DNA of 64,000 nucleotides, from positions 63,019-127,018 of the forward strand of contig CAWAPY010000015.1 in NCBI GenBank assembly GCA_963784055.1, read 5' to 3'. How positions within the stretch are numbered: position 1 is the stretch's first letter; every line of letters begins with the position of its first letter. Positions 59,655-64,000 of this stretch are shown piece after piece. This DNA comes from an uncultured Actinomycetota bacterium. Its GTDB lineage: Bacteria; Actinomycetota; UBA4738; HRBIN12. The notes under the pieces are model-generated. The model saw nothing but the letters and a program-made list of their open reading frames with translations, was not told where the DNA came from and made no database searches. Made by a program: the position numbers and the translations under genes.

Positions 59655-60440
59655 ATGAAGACCTACTCTCCCAAGCCTGAGCACATCGAACGCCGCTGGT
59701 ACGTCATCGACGCCGGCGAGCAGGTGCTTGGCCGGGTTGCCACGGAGGCGGCGGTGGTCCTCCGCGGCAAGCACAAGCCGATCTTCGCCCCGCACATGGA
59801 CGTCGGCGACAACCTGATCATCATCAATGCCGCGAAGGTGGTGCTCACTGGCGGCAAGGAGACCAAGAAGGTGGCCTGGCGCCACTCGGGGCATCCCGGC
59901 GGCATCACCGGCACCCTGTACGAGGAACTCCTCGAGAAGCGGCCGGCGTTCGTCGTCGAGAAGGCCGTCCGCGGCATGCTCCCGAAGAACCGGCTCGGTC
60001 GCGCCATGATCAAGAAGCTCCACGTGGTCCCCGGGCCGGAGCACAACCATCAGGCACAGAAGCCCCAGGAGTGGAGGATGGGGATGCGGCCCGCGTGGGA
60101 GGGCCTGCCCACACCGCCCCCGGCAGCAGTTGGGAAGAAGGCCTCGCCGAAGGGCGAAGCGGCCGAGACCCCTGCCGCAGCGAAGCAGGCGGCGGCGGCG
60201 ATGGAGCCGGCGGCCACCACGACATCGTCGCCGAAGGGCGCGGCCGCCCCGACGGGGACCACGACGACGGCGAGGAAGACGACGGCGAAGAAGCCGACGG
60301 CGAAGAAGCCAACCACGGCGAAGTCGACCGCCGCCAAGAGCGCGGTGAGGAAGCCGACCGCCACGAAGAAGCCGACGGCGAGGAAGACGACGGCGAAGAA
60401 GCCGACCACCGCGAAGACGGCGAAGAAGAAGGAGACGTAG
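59655..60440 (+). CDS. rplM: 50S ribosomal protein L13 fused in-frame to a ~115-aa Lys/Ala/Thr/Pro-rich C-terminal tail
   Basis: [20 protein letters not shown]...[18 protein letters not shown] (canonical L13) then continuous ORF ...[21 protein letters not shown]...TAKKKET*; stop shares its final G with the rpsI GTG. Confidence 0.85.
   Translation: MKTYSPKPEHIERRWYVIDAGEQVLGRVATEAAVVLRGKHKPIFAPHMDVGDNLIIINAAKVVLTGGKETKKVAWRHSGHPGGITGTLYEELLEKRPAFVVEKAVRGMLPKNRLGRAMIKKLHVVPGPEHNHQAQKPQEWRMGMRPAWEGLPTPPPAAVGKKASPKGEAAETPAAAKQAAAAMEPAATTTSSPKGAAAPTGTTTTARKTTAKKPTAKKPTTAKSTAAKSAVRKPTATKKPTARKTTAKKPTTAKTAKKKET
60180..60430 (+). repeat. low-complexity coding repeats (GCGAAGAAGCCGAC-like; AKKPT/TAKK units) in the rplM 3' extension
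   Basis: Repetitive A/K/T/P-coding sequence visible at both DNA and protein level. Confidence 0.5.
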
Positions 60441-60835
60441 TGGCGACCACCCCGACGACCCTCACGACCGGACGGCGCAAGGCGGCGATCGCTCGTGTCC
60501 GGCTGGTGCCCGGCACGGGCGAGTTCCGCATCAACGATCGTTCGCTCGATGAATACTTCCCCACGCGCGTCCACCGGATGGTGGCGCAATCACCGCTCCG
60601 TTCCGTCGGCCGCGACAAGGACCTCGACGTGGTCGCCTCGATCACCGGTGGTGGCGTCAACGGACAGGCGGGGGCCCTCCGCCTCGGCATCGCCCGCGCG
60701 CTCCTCGAGTTGGAGCCGGACCTCCGGGCACAGCTCAAAGCCGAGGGGTTCCTGCGCCGCGACGCCCGGGAGAAGGAGCGTCGCAAGTACGGGCTGAAGA
60801 AGGCTCGGAAGGCTCCGCAGTACTCGAAGCGCTAG
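60440..60835 (+). CDS. rpsI: 30S ribosomal protein S9
   Basis: GAAGGAG ribosome-binding site; [20 protein letters not shown]...YSKR. Confidence 0.93.
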   Translation: MATTPTTLTTGRRKAAIARVRLVPGTGEFRINDRSLDEYFPTRVHRMVAQSPLRSVGRDKDLDVVASITGGGVNGQAGALRLGIARALLELEPDLRAQLKAEGFLRRDAREKERRKYGLKKARKAPQYSKR

Positions 60836-61108
60836 TCGGCCGAGCGCTCGGTCGCGAGCTCCTCGAACGAGCCCGAGGGAAGATCCTCATCGGGTGCCAG
60901 CGCGAGCGATCCATCCTCCGCGGCCGCGATGAGCTCTCTGGCTCGATCGGACGCGCCCTCGGGCACGAAGAGGATCACGGGCCCCGTCCGGTAGGGACCG
61001 AGCCCCTCTCCCTTGGCGAGCACGTCGAGCCCCTCGGCCTCGAGGAGGCCGCGCACGAGCACCCCTCGGATCGGGTCGAGCGACTCGAAGACGCGGACGA
61101 GATTCACC
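60832..61108 (-). CDS. small DUF2007-like (PII-like fold) hypothetical protein; start uncertain (GTG 61108 or ATG 61212)
   Basis: C-terminal 90 aa of ORF 60832..61581 ([35 protein letters not shown]...) resemble DUF2007; N-terminal region of the long ORF is Gly/Asp-rich junk. Confidence 0.4.
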
Positions 61109-61224
61109 GGCCCATCATCACCCGGACCGGCGTGAAACGTCCACGGACGTTCACGTCGAGCTCCCGCGCCGTCCACCTTCGATGCCTGGCGAGCGCGTAC
61201 CCTGGCTCTCATGAGGGACCCAGG

Positions 61225-61678
61225 GTGAGCGTCCCGGGCGTCCTGTTCGTGTGCGTCCACAACGCGGGCCGGAGCCAGATGGCCGCCGCCTTGCTCGAAC
61301 GACATGCCGCCGGCCGTGTCCGGGTTCGGTCGGCCGGCTCCGTGCCCGCCGACCGCCTGCATCCCGCCGTCGTCGAGGTCATGGCCGAGATCGGCATCGA
61401 TCTCGCCAGAGAGCGACCCAAGCTCCTGCGAGACGAGGCCGTGCGTGACTCCGACGTCGTGATCACGATGGGATGCGGAGACGCGTGTCCCGTCTTCCCC
61501 GGTATCCGCTACGAGGACTGGGAGTCTCGAGGACCCTTCGGGGAAGCCGATCGAGGACGTCCGACGGATCCGTGACGACATCGACGGACGGGTCCGGCGT
61601 CTGCTGAAGGGGCTGACCGGTCAGGCGGAGAGCGCCGAGCGGAGCGAGGCGAGCGGCTCCGGGCGCACCCGGAAGTAG
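61225..61678 (+). CDS. arsC: low-molecular-weight phosphatase-family arsenate reductase ArsC (thioredoxin-coupled type); apparent frameshift ~61523
   Basis: GTG start; CX5R P-loop VLFVCVHNAGRSQMAAAL; after YEDWE the C-terminus continues in another frame (LEDPSGKPIEDVRRIRDDIDGRVRRLLKGL...RTRK*). Confidence 0.7.
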
Positions 61679-61962
61679 ACCCACTTGCCGCGGCGCTCCC
61701 GCTCGAGCAGTCCGGCCTCGTGCAGGACCTTCAGGTGGTGGCTCACCGTCGGCTGCGACAGGCCGATCGGCGCCGTCAGATCGCATCCGCATGCCTCCGA
61801 GCCGGGGCACGCGGCGATCAGGCTCAGGAGGCGCAGCCTGGCCGGGTCCGCGAGCGCCTGGAGGGCGGCCGCCAGGGTCTCGGCCCCTTCCTCGCTCAGG
61901 GGTGACGACAGCAGGGGTCCGCAGCAGGCATCGAGGTCCTGGATCAGCTTCATGCGGCTCAT
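61621..61962 (-). CDS. arsR: ArsR/SmtB-family metalloregulatory transcriptional repressor
   Basis: LADPARLRLLSLIA...CDLTAPIGLSQPTVSHHLKVLHEAGLL winged helix-turn-helix; 3' end overlaps the frameshift-corrected arsC 3' end convergently by ~58 nt. Confidence 0.75.
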   Translation of the reverse strand: MSRMKLIQDLDACCGPLLSSPLSEEGAETLAAALQALADPARLRLLSLIAACPGSEACGCDLTAPIGLSQPTVSHHLKVLHEAGLLERERRGKWVYFRVRPEPLASLRSALSA

Positions 61963-61968
61963 ATTGAC

Positions 61969-62044
61969 AGGTGTCGATGTGTCAGGCAACATATCGACCG
62001 CCATCGATGTGATGGCCAGAGTCGATAGGCCAGAGGTCGATAGG
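61969..62044. promoter_or_regulatory. cluster of five TCGAT/ATCGA half-sites upstream of arsR: inverted ATCGA-N6-TCGAT (61993-62008) and tandem 14/15-nt direct repeats CCAGAG(G)TCGATAGG (62016-62044)
   Basis: Repeats visible directly; relatively AT-rich patch; candidate ArsR-family operator array / divergent promoter region. Confidence 0.35.
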
Positions 62045-62056
62045 GAGGTGACCCGG

Positions 62057-62092
62057 ATGGATCCGGACTGCTGCCCGCCCGGCTGCTGCTAG
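62057..62092 (+). other. tiny Cys-rich [14 protein letters not shown] with GGGAGGTG ribosome-binding site 6 nt upstream (possible leader peptide or mini metal-binding peptide; speculative)
   Basis: ATG GAT CCG GAC TGC TGC CCG CCC GGC TGC TGC TAG; 4 Cys in 11 codons; 8 nt upstream of a perfect hairpin. Confidence 0.25.
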
Positions 62093-62100
62093 GCGTCTGA

Positions 62101-62145
62101 GGGTGGTGGGGGCGCGGGGCCGAAGGCCTCGCGCCCCCACCACCC
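62101..62145 (+). promoter_or_regulatory. perfect 15-bp GC-rich inverted repeat (GGGTGGTGGGGGCGC...GCGCCCCCACCACCC) with a self-pairing loop (GGCCgaaGGCC), 20 nt upstream of the glmM ATG
   Basis: Exact reverse-complement arms 62101-62115 / 62131-62145; terminator/attenuator-like but without a U-tract. Confidence 0.5.
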
Positions 62146-62165
62146 GCAGTAGCATCACCTGCCCT

Positions 62166-63498
62166 ATGGCGCGCCTCTTCGGGACCGACGGCGTCCGGGG
62201 CATCGCCGGCTCCGAGCTCACCGCCACGCTCGCGCGAGGGCTCGGCCGGGCGGCCGTCCGTGTGCTCGCCGAAGGCGTCGAGCATCGGCCCGTGCTGGTC
62301 CTCGGGAGGGATCCGCGGGAGTCGGGGACGTGGCTCGAGGAGGCCCTCGTCGCAGGGATCCACGAGGCCGGGGGCGACGTCCTCCTGGCAGGCGTGGAGC
62401 CCACGCCTGCCATCGCGTTCCTGACGATCGACGTGGGCGCCGACGCCGGCGTGGTCATCTCGGCGTCACACAATCCTCCCGAGTACAACGGCATCAAGTT
62501 CTTCGGTCCGAACGGCATGAAGCTCCCGGATGTCGTCGAGGACCGGATAGAGGCAGGGCTGTCGGACGCCTCGTTGTCCGGCGCCCATCGAGGGGTCGAT
62601 CGAGGACCTCGCCGGCGGCCGCGAGCGGTACCTGGCACATCTCGAGGCCGCTGCCGGAGCGCGGCTCGACGGGATGACGATCGTCGTCGATTGTGCGAAC
62701 GGCGCTGCGTCCGGCGTGGCCCCGGCGCTCTACGAGCGACTCGGGGCGACCGTGCACCCGATCCACGACGCCCCCGACGGACGCAACATCAACGTCGACT
62801 GTGGGGCGCTTCACCCCGAGGTGGTGGGAGCGGCGGTGGTGGAGCTGGGCGCGGACGCCGGCGTCTCCCACGACGGCGACGCCGACCGCGCCCTGTTCGC
62901 CGATGCGACGGGCGCGCCCATCGACGGTGACCAGATCCTCGCCGCGTGCGCGATCGCGCTGAAGGAGGCCGGTGCGCTTCCCTTCGACGCCGTGGTCACG
63001 ACCGTGATGGCCAACCTCGGCTTCCATCGAGCGATGCGGGACGCCGGCATCACCGTCTCCGCCACGAAGGTGGGCGACCGCTACGTCCTCGAGGAGATGC
63101 TCGAGGAGGGCGTGATGCTGGGCGGGGAGCAGTCCGGCCACCTGATCTTCCGGGACCACGCGACGACCGGCGACGGCCTCCTGACCGCGGTCCGGTTCCT
63201 CTCCCTCGCGGCCGGGAGCGGTCGCTCGGTCGCCGATCTCGCCGGCGTGATGCAGCGCTACCCGCAGGTGATGGAGAACGTCCAGGTGCGAAGCCTCACC
63301 GAGCTCGACGGCTCCGAGCCGGTCTGGGAAGCGGTCCGCGCGGCGGAGGAGGAGCTCGCCGACCACGGCCGCGTGCTCGTCCGCGCGTCGGGGACCGAAC
63401 CGCTCGTCCGGGTGATGGTCGAGGCCGAGTCGGAGGACGTCGCGCGCCGCCATGCGGAGACCATCGCGGGCGAGGTGCGGAAGCACCTCGGCACCTGA
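62166..63498 (+). CDS. glmM: phosphoglucosamine mutase (apparent 1-nt deletion ~62585 in a C run)
   Basis: [12 protein letters not shown]...[14 protein letters not shown] (active-site Ser) in ORF 62103..; after ...SDASLSG the protein continues in ORF 62674..63498 (GDGDADR..., GEQSGH). Confidence 0.9.
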
Positions 63499-63563
63499 GC
63501 GCCGCTGTCCGGGGCCTGAGCGTCGTTCCTCGCGCAGCGGACGCCTGTTACCCTCGACCCTCC

Positions 63564-64000
63564 ATGTGCGGCATCGTCGGCTACGTGGGGCCCGACGAGG
63601 CCCTCCCCATCGTCCTCGAGGGACTCCGACGTCTGGAGTACCGCGGGTACGACTCGGCGGGCGTCGCCGTGCTCGACGGCGGCCTCACCGTCGTCAAGCG
63701 GGCGGGCAAGCTCTCGGAGCTCGTGACGGCGCTCGACGAGGACGGACACCCGGCCGGGACGGTCGCGATGGGCCACACGCGCTGGGCGACGCACGGCGCG
63801 CCGACCCACCGCAACGCCCACCCGCACCTCGACTGCTCCGGAACGGATCGCCGTGATCCACAACGGCATCATCGAGAACTTCCAGCAGCTCCGAGCACGC
63901 CTCGAGAAGGAAGGGCACACCCTCGCGTCCGAGACCGACACGGAGCTCGTCGCCCACCTGATCGAGGAACGCCTCCGGGACGGCGGATCGTTGGTGGAGG
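63564..64000 (+). CDS. glmS: glutamine--fructose-6-phosphate aminotransferase, 5' part (3'-truncated by window; apparent frameshift ~63838)
   Basis: [37 protein letters not shown]...[12 protein letters not shown]...HPHLDCSG then frameshift, [21 protein letters not shown]... Confidence 0.85.
   Translation, partial: MCGIVGYVGPDEALPIVLEGLRRLEYRGYDSAGVAVLDGGLTVVKRAGKLSELVTALDEDGHPAGTVAMGHTRWATHGAPTHRNAHPHLDCSGTDRRDPQRHHRELPAAPSTPREGRAHPRVRDRHGARRPPDRGTPPGRRIVGG

Overview
This is a high-GC (~70%) chromosome segment of actinobacterial type. RpoB and RpoC are nearly collinear with mycobacterial proteins, and the tRNA-Thr / tRNA-Met / rpmG / MaoC-like hadA-hadB / tRNA-Trp / secE / nusG / rplK-rplA synteny is typical of Actinobacteria. 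No CRISPR array or mobile element was seen.

The window has two parts:
- Accessory left third (1-18.8 kb): an oxidoreductase trio (luciferase-like monooxygenase, Zn-dependent alcohol dehydrogenase, cupin), a minus-strand sugar ABC-transporter operon with an ADP-ribosylglycohydrolase and a divergent LacI regulator, an amidase, a fibronectin-type-III secreted protein, a VapC PIN toxin, assorted small enzymes and secreted proteins, tRNA-Thr, a rhomboid protease and a DUF218 membrane protein.
- Conserved translation/transcription superlocus (18.9-64 kb): tRNA-Met, tuf copy 1, rpmG, NarL-family regulator, hadA/hadB-like, tRNA-Trp, secE, nusG, rplK, rplA, rplJ, rplL, rpoB, rpoC, rpsL, rpsG, fusA, tuf copy 2, the S10 operon (rpsJ-rplC-rplD-rplW-rplB-rpsS-rplV-rpsC-rplP-rpmC-rpsQ), the spc operon (rplN-rplX-rplE-rpsN(Z)-rpsH-rplF-rplR-rpsE-rpmD-rplO-secY-adk-map), infA, rpmJ, the alpha operon (rpsM-rpsK-rpoA-rplQ, no rpsD), truA, rplM, rpsI, then an ars-like insertion (DUF2007, arsC, arsR), glmM and the 5' part of glmS.

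Three things stand out:
- About 20 single-base indels break conserved genes, including essential ribosomal-protein genes (rplD x3, rplR, rpmC, rpsM, rplJ, rplL). This points to sequencing or assembly error rather than gene decay.
- Small insertions inside the conserved locus: an atypical pseudo-receiver LuxR-type regulator plus a secreted protein between rplA and rplJ; a two-gene alpha-helical-repeat module next to tRNA-Trp; an XRE regulator plus DUF4012 protein before rpoB; and the ars-like insertion before glmM.
- Unusual features of core genes: two divergent tuf paralogues (the str-operon copy has Cys->Met in the invariant HVDCPGH motif); an 18-bp tandem repeat in the rplJ 3' end; a lysine/alanine/threonine-rich tail on L13; a Zn-ribbon in L24; and a tiny Cys-rich ORF followed by a perfect 15-bp hairpin immediately upstream of glmM.
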